Shown here in pieces: positions 9,680-20,189 of a stretch of 64,000 nucleotides of DNA. The position numbers and the translations under genes were made by a program. The stretch comes from a virus (taxonomy: Duplodnaviria; Caudoviricetes), in the IMG/VR virus record IMGVR_UViG_3300017911_001939, positions 59,210 to 123,209 of that record. One strand, given 5' to 3'. Numbering within the stretch: the first letter of the stretch is position 1; each line of letters opens with the position of its first letter. The notes under the pieces were generated by a model. The model saw only the letters and a program-made list of their open reading frames with translations. It had not been told where the DNA came from and made no database searches.

Positions 9680-10839
9680 TGGCATTTAAACTTGATCAAA
9701 GCGGTACTTTAGTCCAACAGGCAAACGTGCCATCATCAACTGCTGCGGGCCGTGGTTCTTATCTTGTATCGGATGGTGCTGGTGGTGCCTTTTGGGCATA
9801 TTTAGGAAATACTGCAACTGCAGGCCAAGTTGACAATTCTCAATGGTTATATAGAACGATTTATACTCATGGCTATTTGGCGTGTGGATACAAAGGTTCT
9901 AATCCATGGAGAACACTCAATAAAACTTGGCATCCAACAGAAACGACAATTTATTGTGGCGAACAAATATCTGGAACACAAGGATATACGAATGGTAATT
10001 GGTCTGATTACTATGGATATATTATTGCTGGTTCTGGGTTTAACGTTGCATCATCGGTGATTAGTTCATATAACCTACATAGCGGTGCTATCAGAACATT
10101 TTCTGCTGATGGTTATTCATCAGATGGTGTTACATATGGCTATCAAGGACATGATCCTAAAAACGAAGGTGTAGAATACGGTACTGCGGGTTATGGTGGT
10201 GATGTTGGTGGTATGAGAATGCATGCTACAAGATTAGATGGTCAATCAACTCAAGATATTAAAGGCCAACATGGTTATCACGCTGGTGGTCAGAGATCCG
10301 CAGACGGAGATAGCAGACACCATTTCCCGACAGAGGTAATGTATAAAATGAGTAATGCACCTCATAATGGTAGAGGTGATGCAGCATATGGCGAATTAAA
10401 AGGATTTTTTAGGTCTGACGGTAATAATGTCACATACACTCTTACATGGTCAAATACTTCATGGTCAAATGGGGGTTGGACGTCTGGTTCTGTAGATGTG
10501 CATGGCAAAATGATGGGATCTAAACATGGTCATTTCTATGCAGAAAATAGTACGAATGTAACATGGCCAAAAATTAAAGTTAATTCAAGCACTGGTGCTA
10601 CTATTTCTTCATTCAATAAAGTTCGTGCGTATGGTGAATCGAATAATGAAGATGGGCAAGATAACGGTTATGTGATGGGACATTATGACGGTCAACAAAA
10701 TAACCATACAATTAGACAAAGTTATTCTACAGACACTGAAGTAACGCTTGGTGCTGCAGCTCAACCAAAAGGACATTATGGTCAATCATCTGGTGCCTGT
10801 TCTACGGCCGCTGCAACTGTTGCTGTATTGGGGAATTAA
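9679..10839 (+). CDS. Gly/Tyr/His-rich repeat (beta-propeller-like) virion protein
   Basis: Recurring GY(L/I/H/V)xxG units about 40-50 aa apart. Confidence 0.6.
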   Translation: MAFKLDQSGTLVQQANVPSSTAAGRGSYLVSDGAGGAFWAYLGNTATAGQVDNSQWLYRTIYTHGYLACGYKGSNPWRTLNKTWHPTETTIYCGEQISGTQGYTNGNWSDYYGYIIAGSGFNVASSVISSYNLHSGAIRTFSADGYSSDGVTYGYQGHDPKNEGVEYGTAGYGGDVGGMRMHATRLDGQSTQDIKGQHGYHAGGQRSADGDSRHHFPTEVMYKMSNAPHNGRGDAAYGELKGFFRSDGNNVTYTLTWSNTSWSNGGWTSGSVDVHGKMMGSKHGHFYAENSTNVTWPKIKVNSSTGATISSFNKVRAYGESNNEDGQDNGYVMGHYDGQQNNHTIRQSYSTDTEVTLGAAAQPKGHYGQSSGACSTAAATVAVLGN

Positions 10840-11682
10840 ATGAAATATATTATTACTAAGACAGATCCATTAAGACCATATTTTGGTGGTAACCAAGATC
10901 AAACCGACGATAACTTCTATTGTCGCGATTTGTATACGCTTTTTGATTTAAGTTGTGTTGCAATTGCAGAACCGCTTTTTGATACAATCTATCCTCTTAT
11001 TCCGGCAGGATACGAAGAGGTATCTGAAGATGAGGCTTTATATGGCTCACAGTTTTTCTCTGAAGTCAGAGATATTGTAAAGCTAAAAGGTCCAGCAGAA
11101 CATGATGAAACACTTGATTCTTCAGGTAGTTTACTTACAACCGGTAGTTTTACTCTTTACACAATTCCAGATTCTGTGAAAACTCATGTTCTAAATTTCA
11201 TGTTTAAATTTGCAAAAGAGATTATTGAGAACGAATATAATTATAGATTTAAACATAATATTCGTAAAACAACAGAATTGGAACAAGCATCGTGGGAAAT
11301 TCAAAAGCATGAAGCCAACGAATGGTTAACATATGGTCAAGACTCTGATCATCTTACGCCATTCTTGGATTATATTGCTACTGAGCGTAGTATAAATAAA
11401 ACGACATTAGCAAATAAAATTTTAACAAAGGCAGAATCGTACCAAGATAATTTGTCTACCGAGCTTGTTAAATACCAAAAGCTTTTAAAAGAGTTTGAAG
11501 GGTGTACTACAATTAGGCAGATGAATACAAAATACGAAAAGTATTTCGGAATTATGGTTCCTGCTTTGCAGGCACAAGAAGAAAATCTACAAGATTCTGA
11601 TGGTCGTAGAATTTTTGACTCTGATGGAACAACATATTGGGATATAAATAATCCTAGATTTGGTAATAAATTAAATTTTTAG
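10840..11682 (+). CDS. Hypothetical protein (fibre-associated, DUF4376-like C-terminal half)
   Basis: LEQASWEIQKHEA...TPFLDYIA..R...LANKIL pattern resembles tail-associated helical domains. Confidence 0.55.
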   Translation: MKYIITKTDPLRPYFGGNQDQTDDNFYCRDLYTLFDLSCVAIAEPLFDTIYPLIPAGYEEVSEDEALYGSQFFSEVRDIVKLKGPAEHDETLDSSGSLLTTGSFTLYTIPDSVKTHVLNFMFKFAKEIIENEYNYRFKHNIRKTTELEQASWEIQKHEANEWLTYGQDSDHLTPFLDYIATERSINKTTLANKILTKAESYQDNLSTELVKYQKLLKEFEGCTTIRQMNTKYEKYFGIMVPALQAQEENLQDSDGRRIFDSDGTTYWDINNPRFGNKLNF

Positions 11683-11689
11683 GTGATGT

Positions 11690-12487
11690 ATGAATGACGT
11701 TATTGTCCCTATTAGGGAAGAACTTGATATCTTAAATTTGTCTGACGATGATCGTAACGTATTAGAAAAAGCACTCAATCAAACCGGCGCGGGTCAAACA
11801 ACCTTTCAATCAAAATATTTTGTTGCTGGTTCACAATTAACCCCATATCGAATGGCAAAACAGTGTCTGCTCGAGCTCGAGTCAAGGCATCATTCTTATG
11901 TGGGTATTCAGGCAAAACAGAAGAGAGCTAGCTACGAGAAGGCTATTGCAGAACGAGCACTTGCTAATGAACCAGATGAATTGAAAAAAGGTTTGATTCA
12001 GTGTGACATTGATGATATTGATTATGACCTTAAAGTATGGGAAAGAAAAAAGAGACAGTGCGAAGATGAATTACGTGACTATCTTGGCATCTTTGAACAA
12101 GTAAAACAACTTGATCCTGTTGCTGCTGAGAAAGCTTTTGAATACGATGAGGAAGAAGAACGACAATATTGGATTACCAGAATGGCTAAACAGGCTGCGA
12201 TGGATATGGTATCATATGGTCGCATCGGTACTGGCAACATGGATTCGATCGCTATGATGAATGATGAAGATCAGGTTATGACTCTTGCGACCACTTTACA
12301 ATATCACGAAAGACTTGGCCAAGGTATGCAACAAATTCATGGTGCAGTGAATGAAGGACTGTTAGAAAATAAGGAACATCTGCCAAAATTTGATATTCCT
12401 AATTTTACAGATAAATTATTGTCAAAGGATTTAATTGAAAATGTTCAGCGTGCCGTTGAACCCAAAACTGGACCAGAAACAGTTTGA
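11690..12487 (+). CDS. Hypothetical coiled-coil protein
   Basis: 265-aa ORF with SD; helical, charged; no known motif. Confidence 0.65.
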   Translation: MNDVIVPIREELDILNLSDDDRNVLEKALNQTGAGQTTFQSKYFVAGSQLTPYRMAKQCLLELESRHHSYVGIQAKQKRASYEKAIAERALANEPDELKKGLIQCDIDDIDYDLKVWERKKRQCEDELRDYLGIFEQVKQLDPVAAEKAFEYDEEEERQYWITRMAKQAAMDMVSYGRIGTGNMDSIAMMNDEDQVMTLATTLQYHERLGQGMQQIHGAVNEGLLENKEHLPKFDIPNFTDKLLSKDLIENVQRAVEPKTGPETV

Positions 12488-13493
12488 GGGATTCTTAGGG
12501 TTTCTCCGAGCCCATCAGCATTTAATCTATGATGTTTACTTTACTAGTCGTATTGCTCCGTTCGAGCAAGACGCGATGGGTGATGTGTTCATTAATGACC
12601 CGATTGATCTAATCAATAATGCTCTTATTATTCAAGATGAGCTTGGCATTAAGGCAAGCGCTACCTTTAATAATATTCAGGTTAGACCAGATCAAAAAAA
12701 TCTTAATATGTGGATGGACAACTTTAGAGAGTTGTATAATCGTGGTATTCATTCTGCGACAATCCCGCATACACATTGGATTATGACTGGTGAAATTCAA
12801 AAAAGATTCCCAAAACTTTTTATCAAAAATACAATTTTAAGAGAAGTAAATACGGCATCGGATGTTGCGAAACAAGCCGAAGCAGGATTTCATTACATTA
12901 ATATTGATCGAGATCTAATTCGTAATAGAGATGAATTAGAAAAAATTAAAAGAGTTCGTGAGAAATATAATGTAAAGGTCGCTATACTTGGTAATGAAGG
13001 GTGTCTCGGTGGATGTCCTGTTATGGCAGAACATTTTCATTTTAATAACACTCGCACAGATGGTCCTCAATATTTTAATGATACAATAAGCCGTGTATCA
13101 TGTCCAAAATGGGATATTACAGAACCAGTGACTCCTCTTAAAACTGCAAACATTGCACCGTGGAGAGAAGACTGGGAAGAAATGTTCCAATATGTAGATG
13201 TGATTAAAATGCATGGCAGAGAATCGATTCATCAAATGGCTAGCACTATGGATATTATTGCAAGATATAGAAACGGTGATCAGATACTCTTCGATGATTT
13301 TAATTCATATATTAATGATACAAATTTGGCAGGCAAACCTATCGAGGCATGGAGACAGTTTATAAAAAACTGTAAGTTTGATTGCTGGGATTGTAATAAA
13401 TGCGATAAGTTATATGAGGCCAAAAATGGTCTGCCTGAAACTACATTAGAAAAATTAGTGGTGGAATCAATATGCACGGCATACCTGGATTAA
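12441..13493 (+). CDS. Peptidase U32-family (Fe-S hydroxylase-like) protein
   Basis: INIDRDLIR, NEGCLGGC, SCPKW, VIKMHGRE, C-terminal CKFDCWDCNKC. Confidence 0.75.
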   Translation: MFSVPLNPKLDQKQFEGFLGFLRAHQHLIYDVYFTSRIAPFEQDAMGDVFINDPIDLINNALIIQDELGIKASATFNNIQVRPDQKNLNMWMDNFRELYNRGIHSATIPHTHWIMTGEIQKRFPKLFIKNTILREVNTASDVAKQAEAGFHYINIDRDLIRNRDELEKIKRVREKYNVKVAILGNEGCLGGCPVMAEHFHFNNTRTDGPQYFNDTISRVSCPKWDITEPVTPLKTANIAPWREDWEEMFQYVDVIKMHGRESIHQMASTMDIIARYRNGDQILFDDFNSYINDTNLAGKPIEAWRQFIKNCKFDCWDCNKCDKLYEAKNGLPETTLEKLVVESICTAYLD

Positions 13494-14026
13494 CATCTAA
13501 AAAAGTTCAAAATTTTATAAATGATATGTGCAAATATGCAGAGACATATTTGGAAGTAGGTTGTTATTTGGGTGCAACTGCATGTGCAGCATTGCATAAA
13601 AACAATATTGAGGTTTATCTAGTTGATAATTGGAAAGAAGACATACAACCTTTTAGAGATGATCTGCCTAATTTGCCACCAAACGATAAAGAGTTATTTC
13701 GTCAATTTATCAAAAACAGCAAGGGTGACAATAAAGTAAATGTCTTTGATTGTGATATGTTTGATGTCGATTTAACACAAATAAAACCGATTGATGTATT
13801 TTTTTATGATGCTGATAAAACAAAGGTAAAGGAAGCTATAGAATATTATTGGCCTGTTTTATCTGATACAGCAATCATTATTATTGATGACGCAAATGAT
13901 AAGTCAATTGTCGAAGCAGCGCAAAGCGCATTAACAGGTATATCATACGAAAGAATTATTATGAATGATATAGAAGATGAAAAGGAATGGTGGAATGGAA
14001 TCTACATTGCAATTATTAACAAATAA
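13472..14026 (+). CDS. Class I SAM-dependent methyltransferase (Methyltransf_24-like)
   Basis: YLEVGCYLGAT motif I; IDVFFYDAD; IIIIDDAN. Confidence 0.85.
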   Translation: MHGIPGLTSKKVQNFINDMCKYAETYLEVGCYLGATACAALHKNNIEVYLVDNWKEDIQPFRDDLPNLPPNDKELFRQFIKNSKGDNKVNVFDCDMFDVDLTQIKPIDVFFYDADKTKVKEAIEYYWPVLSDTAIIIIDDANDKSIVEAAQSALTGISYERIIMNDIEDEKEWWNGIYIAIINK

Positions 14027-14900
14027 TCAGTGGTATCTATTTTATTTGGCTGCAATTATGATCCTTGCAGGATATGCGAGAGATCTTCGTTTATTTGCGC
14101 CAGTTTATAGACTTATCTTATCAAAGGTAAAATCTAAACGAGCAGTCGTAGCATTAATCTCTATGATTACTGGTGTGCTACCTATTACTGGTCGTGTAAG
14201 TGTTTCGGCTGGTTTCCTCGATACTATTGCGCCAAAAGATAAGAAAAAACGAGAGATCTTTGGCATTATCGACTATCTCTCGACTCATCATTATTATCTG
14301 TGGTCACCAATCGAGAAGTCTGTCATCATTCCAATGGCTGCACTCGGTATTGCATACAGTACATTTATGTGGCATATGCTACCTCTTCTTATCGTAATTT
14401 TTGCTGTTATCTTTTTCTATATCTTTTATGTAATGCAAGAAGAAGAAGTTGATATTAGTACAGAAAAATTTGAGACTGGTGAAAAGTATTTTGAGAAAAA
14501 TCCAAGTAAATATATTAGTTGGACTACACTTGCAGTGTTAGCCGCAATTATTGTATTAGGTAACTTCGCAAAAGGATATACTGATGAGATTAAACAATTT
14601 GTTGAATCAGATGTTGCAAGCTTTGCTGTGGTATCAGCCCTCGCTTTTTGTGGCTCGCTTGCTTTGGGTTCTTCTTCTCGGTTTGCTGCTATTACTGCCA
14701 TATGTGTAACCGTATATGGTATCGAATATTTGCCATGGTTCTTTGCAATTGATTACGCAGGTTATATGCTATCACCTGCCCATAAATGCCTGACAATCGG
14801 TAAGATGTATTTCGGTACACCAATCGTACGATACTATAGATCTGTTATCGTATTATGTGGTGCATTGTTTTTTACGGCTTTGGCGACATTAATCGTATAA
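13995..14900 (+). CDS. Multi-pass membrane protein, ion-transporter (IT) superfamily-like
   Basis: About 8-9 hydrophobic segments; GVLPITGRVSVSA and LSPAHKC motifs resemble IT/DUF401-type permeases. Confidence 0.65.
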   Translation: MESTLQLLTNNQWYLFYLAAIMILAGYARDLRLFAPVYRLILSKVKSKRAVVALISMITGVLPITGRVSVSAGFLDTIAPKDKKKREIFGIIDYLSTHHYYLWSPIEKSVIIPMAALGIAYSTFMWHMLPLLIVIFAVIFFYIFYVMQEEEVDISTEKFETGEKYFEKNPSKYISWTTLAVLAAIIVLGNFAKGYTDEIKQFVESDVASFAVVSALAFCGSLALGSSSRFAAITAICVTVYGIEYLPWFFAIDYAGYMLSPAHKCLTIGKMYFGTPIVRYYRSVIVLCGALFFTALATLIV

Positions 14901-14903
14901 ATA
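14896..14903 (+). promoter_or_regulatory. T4-type late promoter
   Basis: TATAAATA upstream of 14932. Confidence 0.75.
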
Positions 14904-14931
14904 GATTTGATAATCTATTTGGAGGCAATAT

Positions 14932-15267
14932 ATGGCCAATACGCTCAAAAATGTTCAACTGAACAATATTAGTACAACCGCGACCACGCTATATACCACT
15001 CCTGCAAACACCACTACGATCGTAATTGGTGCCACTGCTGCTAACATTCTTGCAAATAATAACATTAATTTCAGTATGACAATGCATGATTCGGCATCTG
15101 CCCCTGGTGTGCATGTCGTTAAGAATGCTACTATTGCACCAGGTGGTTCATTGGTTCCTATTGGTGGTGATCAAAAAGTAATTGTAGAAACCGGACATTA
15201 TTTAAAAGCCTCGAGCTCTGACTCTGATTCGGTTGATCTCATCTTATCAATCGTAGAGCAGACATAA
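14932..15267 (+). CDS. Small virion protein (paralog of 20511..20840)
   Basis: MANT(L/F)K...YT.PA...IG...AN...VVK.A.I..G.SLV.(I/V)GGDQK shared with 20511. Confidence 0.7.
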   Translation: MANTLKNVQLNNISTTATTLYTTPANTTTIVIGATAANILANNNINFSMTMHDSASAPGVHVVKNATIAPGGSLVPIGGDQKVIVETGHYLKASSSDSDSVDLILSIVEQT

Positions 15268-15268
15268 C

Positions 15269-16048
15269 ATGGCAGTTATTGGTAATAAACCTAATCCAAA
15301 CGATATATCTGTTTTTAAAACCGTAAACAAGCAAACGATTACGGGAACAGGTGATAGCTCGTATAATTTATCCTATAATGTATCGGCACCTGAAGAAATT
15401 GAGGTTTTTGTCAATAATGTAAGACAGGAGCCTAGAATTGCATATGATGTTGGATCAGGCCAAATTACGTTTGATGAAGGTATTGATAGTACAGATGGTT
15501 GTTATATTATATTTCAAGGATCTCGCGTAGGTACTATTGCACCTGCAGATAATACCATTACTACCGATATGATGAAAGATAACTCTGTTACGGCATCAAA
15601 GTTGGTAGATAGTTCAATTACAAGCTCAAAATTATCTGACACTTATGTAGATATTGTTGGATCTGTCGGTAAGGTAAAACTGCAAAGAGTATCAGCTACT
15701 CTTAGTTCTGATACAACTTTTAATGTTACTACTGATACTGCCATTGTAAGTGTTAACATTACGGTTGACTCAGGTTCGGATGTGTTTGTGACATTTAATG
15801 GCGAGCAAAATGGTCAAGTTGGTGATGCCTGGCAATGGGTACAATTATTTAGAGGTACTACTGCACTTGGTACATCAACCATATCTGTTGTGCGAAGCGG
15901 CTGGAATGAACACATTAGTTTACAATACTGGGATGAAAACTTGTCGGCAGGAACATATACTTATTCGTGTAAAGTAAGAAATGGTGCAAACTATTGTAAC
16001 TGGGGTGAACATAGCACACCAATCATTCAATGTACAGAGTTCGGATAA
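15269..16048 (+). CDS. Fibre adaptor/adhesin module
   Basis: MAVIGNKP start, VFVNNVRQEP module, SVTASKL repeats, C-terminal GTYTY domain. Confidence 0.65.
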   Translation: MAVIGNKPNPNDISVFKTVNKQTITGTGDSSYNLSYNVSAPEEIEVFVNNVRQEPRIAYDVGSGQITFDEGIDSTDGCYIIFQGSRVGTIAPADNTITTDMMKDNSVTASKLVDSSITSSKLSDTYVDIVGSVGKVKLQRVSATLSSDTTFNVTTDTAIVSVNITVDSGSDVFVTFNGEQNGQVGDAWQWVQLFRGTTALGTSTISVVRSGWNEHISLQYWDENLSAGTYTYSCKVRNGANYCNWGEHSTPIIQCTEFG

Positions 16049-16051
16049 GAT

Positions 16052-17071
16052 ATGTCATTAAGTAAGGTAAACAATAAACAAACATCAGTTCCAGCAAGTT
16101 CAACTGCTCCTTCAAGCCCATCTGTTGGTGATTTCTGGTTTGACACTGATGAAACACTAATGAAAGTTTGGAATGGATCACAATGGGATACTGTTTCAAA
16201 TAGCTTTTCTGCTACTGGTGGTACTCAAGAAGAATATAGTTCTGGAAATACTACATATAAGGTACATATCTTTAAATCTTCTGGTAACTTTATTGTTCAA
16301 TCTGGAAGTAAACAAGTTGATTATCTTATTGTAGCTGGTGGTGGCGGAGGATCTAGTGATGACTCTGGTGGTGCTGGTGCCGGCGGTCATTTAAGTGGAA
16401 CTTATACAGTAGCTCCAGGAAGTCACGCAGTTGTTATTGGCGCCGGTGGTGCAAAAACACCAAGTGGATCATCATCCAATGGTGGTAATGGAGGTAACTC
16501 TTCTGTGTTTGGTTTTACTTCTATTGGAGGAGGCGGCGGAGCCTATCAATCAGGACCTACTGGTAATAGCGGCGGCTCTGGTGGAGGTGGTGGTCACGCT
16601 CCTAGCGCTGGAGGAAGCTCACCCGGCGGCTCTGGAACATCTGGTCAAGGCAACAACGGTGGAGCCGGCCGCGGTTACGGAGATCCATGGGCCGCTGGCG
16701 GCGGCGGTGGAGCTGGAGCAGTAGGTTCAGATGGTGTTAACGGTAATAATCCAACTTCTTTTGGTGGAGTGGGGTTAACAACAAATCTTATTACAACATC
16801 ACTTGCAACAACTCATTCGGTAGGTGAAGTATCGGGTGGTAGTGTGTATGTTGCTGGAGGCGGTGGTGGTCAATACCGTGATGGATATACCGGTAGTGGA
16901 ACAAATCTAGGTGGTCTTGGTGGTGGTGGGGATGGAGGTCATGTCTCTACTGCTGGAACTAATGGAACGGCAAACACCGGTGGAGGTGGCGGTGGTGGAG
17001 GCAACCAAACCAATAACTATCTTGGTGGTAATGGTGGTTCAGGTCTAGTAATTATAAGGTATGAAGTATAA
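16052..17071 (+). CDS. Glycine-rich adhesin-like protein
   Basis: P..GDFWFDT N-terminus; YLIVAGGGGG, many GGGGG runs, ANTGGGGGG, GGSGLVIIRY end. Confidence 0.8.
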   Translation: MSLSKVNNKQTSVPASSTAPSSPSVGDFWFDTDETLMKVWNGSQWDTVSNSFSATGGTQEEYSSGNTTYKVHIFKSSGNFIVQSGSKQVDYLIVAGGGGGSSDDSGGAGAGGHLSGTYTVAPGSHAVVIGAGGAKTPSGSSSNGGNGGNSSVFGFTSIGGGGGAYQSGPTGNSGGSGGGGGHAPSAGGSSPGGSGTSGQGNNGGAGRGYGDPWAAGGGGGAGAVGSDGVNGNNPTSFGGVGLTTNLITTSLATTHSVGEVSGGSVYVAGGGGGQYRDGYTGSGTNLGGLGGGGDGGHVSTAGTNGTANTGGGGGGGGNQTNNYLGGNGGSGLVIIRYEV

Positions 17072-17409
17072 TGGCACACTACGCAAAAGTATTAAATGGC
17101 AAAGTAGTTGATATGATTGTAGCTGAAGAAAGTTTCTTTGATACATTTCAAGATACATCCCCTGGTGAATGGATTCAAACATCATATAATACATTTGGTG
17201 GAGTTCACACACAAGGTGGCACGCCGCTAAGAAAAAATTATGCTGCAGTAGGTCACACCTATGATAGAGACAAAGATGCATTTATTGCGCCTCAACCATA
17301 TCCAAGTTGGATTTTAAACGAAACAAGTTGTTTATGGGAAGCACCAGTAGATAGACCAGAAGGTGACTGGCTCTGGAATGATTCAGATCAAAGTTGGGAT
17401 AGCGCATAA
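17071..17409 (+). CDS. Conserved partner of glycine-rich protein
   Basis: MAHYAKV...WIQTSYN...LRKNYA..G..YD...DAFIAPQPYPSW. Confidence 0.7.
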   Translation: MAHYAKVLNGKVVDMIVAEESFFDTFQDTSPGEWIQTSYNTFGGVHTQGGTPLRKNYAAVGHTYDRDKDAFIAPQPYPSWILNETSCLWEAPVDRPEGDWLWNDSDQSWDSA

Positions 17410-17879
17410 TGGCAGTAATTGGTAACGAACCTAGATATGCAAGGATTTTTAAACTGGACCAAATACTTGGTACCGGTGATAGTTCCTATACACTTACATA
17501 TAATGGTAATCAGGAAAGAAATCTAATTGCCGAACAATTACTTGTGTCTATTAATGGTACAATGCAGAATCCAAACTCTGCTTTTACAATTAGTGGTTCG
17601 ACGATTACATTTTCAGAGGCAATTGATTCTGATGATACGATTGACTTTATTACGGTCATTGGTGAGGCACACAACGTTGCCACTGTATCAGATGGTGGTG
17701 TTACGGCAAACAAATTAAACGATGCGATTGGTGTAACAGACACACCTGTTCGTAAAAATAGAAATAGAATTAGTCAAGGATTTACTCTTGACTCTGCAGA
17801 TAATGCTATGGCAGCAGGTCCTATTACGATAGACTCTGGTGTATCTGTTGTTCTTCATGGTTCATTCACGGTGGTATAA
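17409..17879 (+). CDS. Fibre adaptor module
   Basis: MAVIGNEP; LVSINGTMQNP; C-terminal NAMAAGPITIDSG. Confidence 0.65.
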   Translation: MAVIGNEPRYARIFKLDQILGTGDSSYTLTYNGNQERNLIAEQLLVSINGTMQNPNSAFTISGSTITFSEAIDSDDTIDFITVIGEAHNVATVSDGGVTANKLNDAIGVTDTPVRKNRNRISQGFTLDSADNAMAAGPITIDSGVSVVLHGSFTVV

Positions 17880-18437
17880 ATGGGATCTACATTATCAGTA
17901 ACACATCTTAGAGGTTTGACATCGGGTAACGATGCTAATACAATTTACTTGGATAGTGGTCATGAATTGCATGCGCCGGGTCATATCATTCAGACAGTTC
18001 AAAATACCTTTGGCGGTTATGATACTATTACATCTACAACATTGACAAATACAAGTTTAAATGCTACAATTACACCTAAATTTTCAACATCAAAAATTTT
18101 GGTTAAAGCATCATTTTTATTTGGTCAAACAAGATCCGCGCAAAATCAAGATAATATGAAATATTTTACTATAAAAAGAGGTAGTACAAATATTGCACCA
18201 CATAATAGTCGCTTCTTTGCTCATCAAAACGAGACTTCTGGTAGCATTGATTTTAATGAGCAAACACAGGTTGCCACAATTGAATACCTTGACTCACCTG
18301 CAACGACGTCTGCAACTACCTATACATTGGCATGCTCGTGTGATAATTCTGCAGTAACCATTTCATTAAATAGTAGAGCAGATGGTGGTGGTCAAAAGGG
18401 ATCTTGTACAATGATTTTACAGGAGATTGCACAATGA
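17880..18437 (+). CDS. 'QEIA'-type adhesin/fibre-tip module
   Basis: APGHIIQ...ITPK..SKILV...DSPATTSATTY...LQEIAQ. Confidence 0.65.
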   Translation: MGSTLSVTHLRGLTSGNDANTIYLDSGHELHAPGHIIQTVQNTFGGYDTITSTTLTNTSLNATITPKFSTSKILVKASFLFGQTRSAQNQDNMKYFTIKRGSTNIAPHNSRFFAHQNETSGSIDFNEQTQVATIEYLDSPATTSATTYTLACSCDNSAVTISLNSRADGGGQKGSCTMILQEIAQ

Positions 18438-19090
18438 CCAGTGAATTAAGAGTTGATGCAATTAAAAATGTTGCCGGTGAAGAGATAGCAGATCTCGGTG
18501 ATCAATTCGTGCCGAAGTATAAAATGCCGGATGGAACATATGCTAGCACACCACACTTTGAAGCGTATTCACAAATAGGTGGATATAATCATTCGTTTAC
18601 CACAACAGATTCTACGTCATTTGGTGCAACAAGCGGTAGACAAGCATATCTAACATTTAATAATGTTCATGGTGGTAATACTACAGGATTTACGACTAGT
18701 AGTACAAAAGGTGCATCAAAGTATAAGGTACCTGTGACAGGAATTTATACATTATCATTTAGATGTCTTGTTAATACGCAAGTAACATCGCACTATGATA
18801 CCGCATTTTATATTACAGATAAAGATGATACCTTTTCAGATATTAGTGGATTATATCCATGGAGTGCGCAAGTTACAGAGTTTACATCATCATCAAGTCA
18901 TGGCGTAAGAGGTTTTACCCGTATATCAGAAAGTGATGGATTATCCAGCGGACCTGGCCAATCTATTACAATTAAATTATACAAAGATCAACATGTAAGG
19001 CCGGCAATTGTTATGAACGCAACTGAAACTGTGTCAATTTACCTATCTAATCATAACTATTTTCACGGCGTATTGGTGGCAGCACTATGA
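18434..19090 (+). CDS. C1q/TNF-like fibre-tip module
   Basis: PHFEAY...YKVPVTGIYTLSF...YFHGVLV. Confidence 0.6.
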   Translation: MTSELRVDAIKNVAGEEIADLGDQFVPKYKMPDGTYASTPHFEAYSQIGGYNHSFTTTDSTSFGATSGRQAYLTFNNVHGGNTTGFTTSSTKGASKYKVPVTGIYTLSFRCLVNTQVTSHYDTAFYITDKDDTFSDISGLYPWSAQVTEFTSSSSHGVRGFTRISESDGLSSGPGQSITIKLYKDQHVRPAIVMNATETVSIYLSNHNYFHGVLVAAL

Positions 19091-19689
19091 GTACTCTATT
19101 CGTAAACAAATTAAAAGCAGCGGTTGGTTCGTTAATTAAATTGGACCATAATCTTGATGCAAATGGTAACGAAATATATGCACCAGGTCATGTCATACAG
19201 GTAAAATCAACAATTATTACATCAAAGGTTACTGCAACTAGTACAAATGTCAACTCGGGTGTTGGTGCAGATATGGGTCTAAATGTCACAATTACCCCAA
19301 AAAGAACCGGTAGTCATTTTTTAATTCAATGCCATGTTGGTATTGCTGCAACAACCAGTGGTAATACATATGCTGCAATATTATCCAGAGGTGGATCAAG
19401 AATTGGTGTGGGTGATACTGTATCTTCAAAATTAGGGGTATGGTTTAAAGGTCCTGACCATGCTGGTAACAATGGGGCGGATACAAATCATGGTGTTGGT
19501 AATGGTGGTGTTTATTATGATTCGACAGCAAATGCCGTGGCAGGTACCGCAATAACGTATAAGGTTGGATTCTCAGGCGAGGGTGGTCAAGTACAAATTA
19601 ACCACAATGAAGGTAGTTATTCTGGTAGTTCATATCCTGTTGAGGCGCTGACAAGTTCATCACTTATTGTTCAGGAGATCGCACAGTAA
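19087..19689 (+). CDS. 'QEIA'-type adhesin/fibre-tip module
   Basis: APGHVIQV...ITPK..S.FLI...ITYK...VQEIAQ. Confidence 0.65.
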   Translation: MSTLFVNKLKAAVGSLIKLDHNLDANGNEIYAPGHVIQVKSTIITSKVTATSTNVNSGVGADMGLNVTITPKRTGSHFLIQCHVGIAATTSGNTYAAILSRGGSRIGVGDTVSSKLGVWFKGPDHAGNNGADTNHGVGNGGVYYDSTANAVAGTAITYKVGFSGEGGQVQINHNEGSYSGSSYPVEALTSSSLIVQEIAQ

Positions 19690-20189
19690 TGCCACTTACA
19701 CGACCTAATTTAAAGTTTGCTGCAACAGGTTCTGTTATTCAAACTGTATCTGCTAATTGGAATAGTACAATTGATATTACTGGAACAACGGTCAGCGCGA
19801 CAGGATTAAAAGCCTCCATTACACCGTTATATAGTAATTCAAAAATAGAAATTCATATTCAAGCACACATTAATAACCGAAGAGAAAGTGGTAGTGGAGC
19901 AATTGGACAAAAATTAGAACTTCAGAAAAAAGTTGGTTCCGGTTCATACTCATATTTGCATCAATTTGCACAAGCTGGAGTTGACTATCAAATTTATCAT
20001 AATATTCCTGATAGTACGGGTGATAAGGATATTTGGTATCCATGGACTGTTTTTTATACTGACACGCCTGGAACAACATCCACATTAGAATTTCAACTGT
20101 ATGGTTGTGAAAGACCAGCAAACGCGGGTGCGACCACTAGACTTAGAGTTCGTGGTGGAAATATGATTTTAAAAGAAATTAAAGTATAA
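19689..20189 (+). CDS. 'QEIA'-type adhesin/fibre-tip module
   Basis: GSVIQTV...ITP..SNSKI...DTPGTTS...LKEIK. Confidence 0.65.
   Translation: MPLTRPNLKFAATGSVIQTVSANWNSTIDITGTTVSATGLKASITPLYSNSKIEIHIQAHINNRRESGSGAIGQKLELQKKVGSGSYSYLHQFAQAGVDYQIYHNIPDSTGDKDIWYPWTVFYTDTPGTTSTLEFQLYGCERPANAGATTRLRVRGGNMILKEIKV

Noticed and set aside
16330-17045. GGN-rich low-complexity DNA resembling a G-quadruplex or repeat array
   Set aside because: Explained by polyglycine coding in a glycine-rich adhesin.
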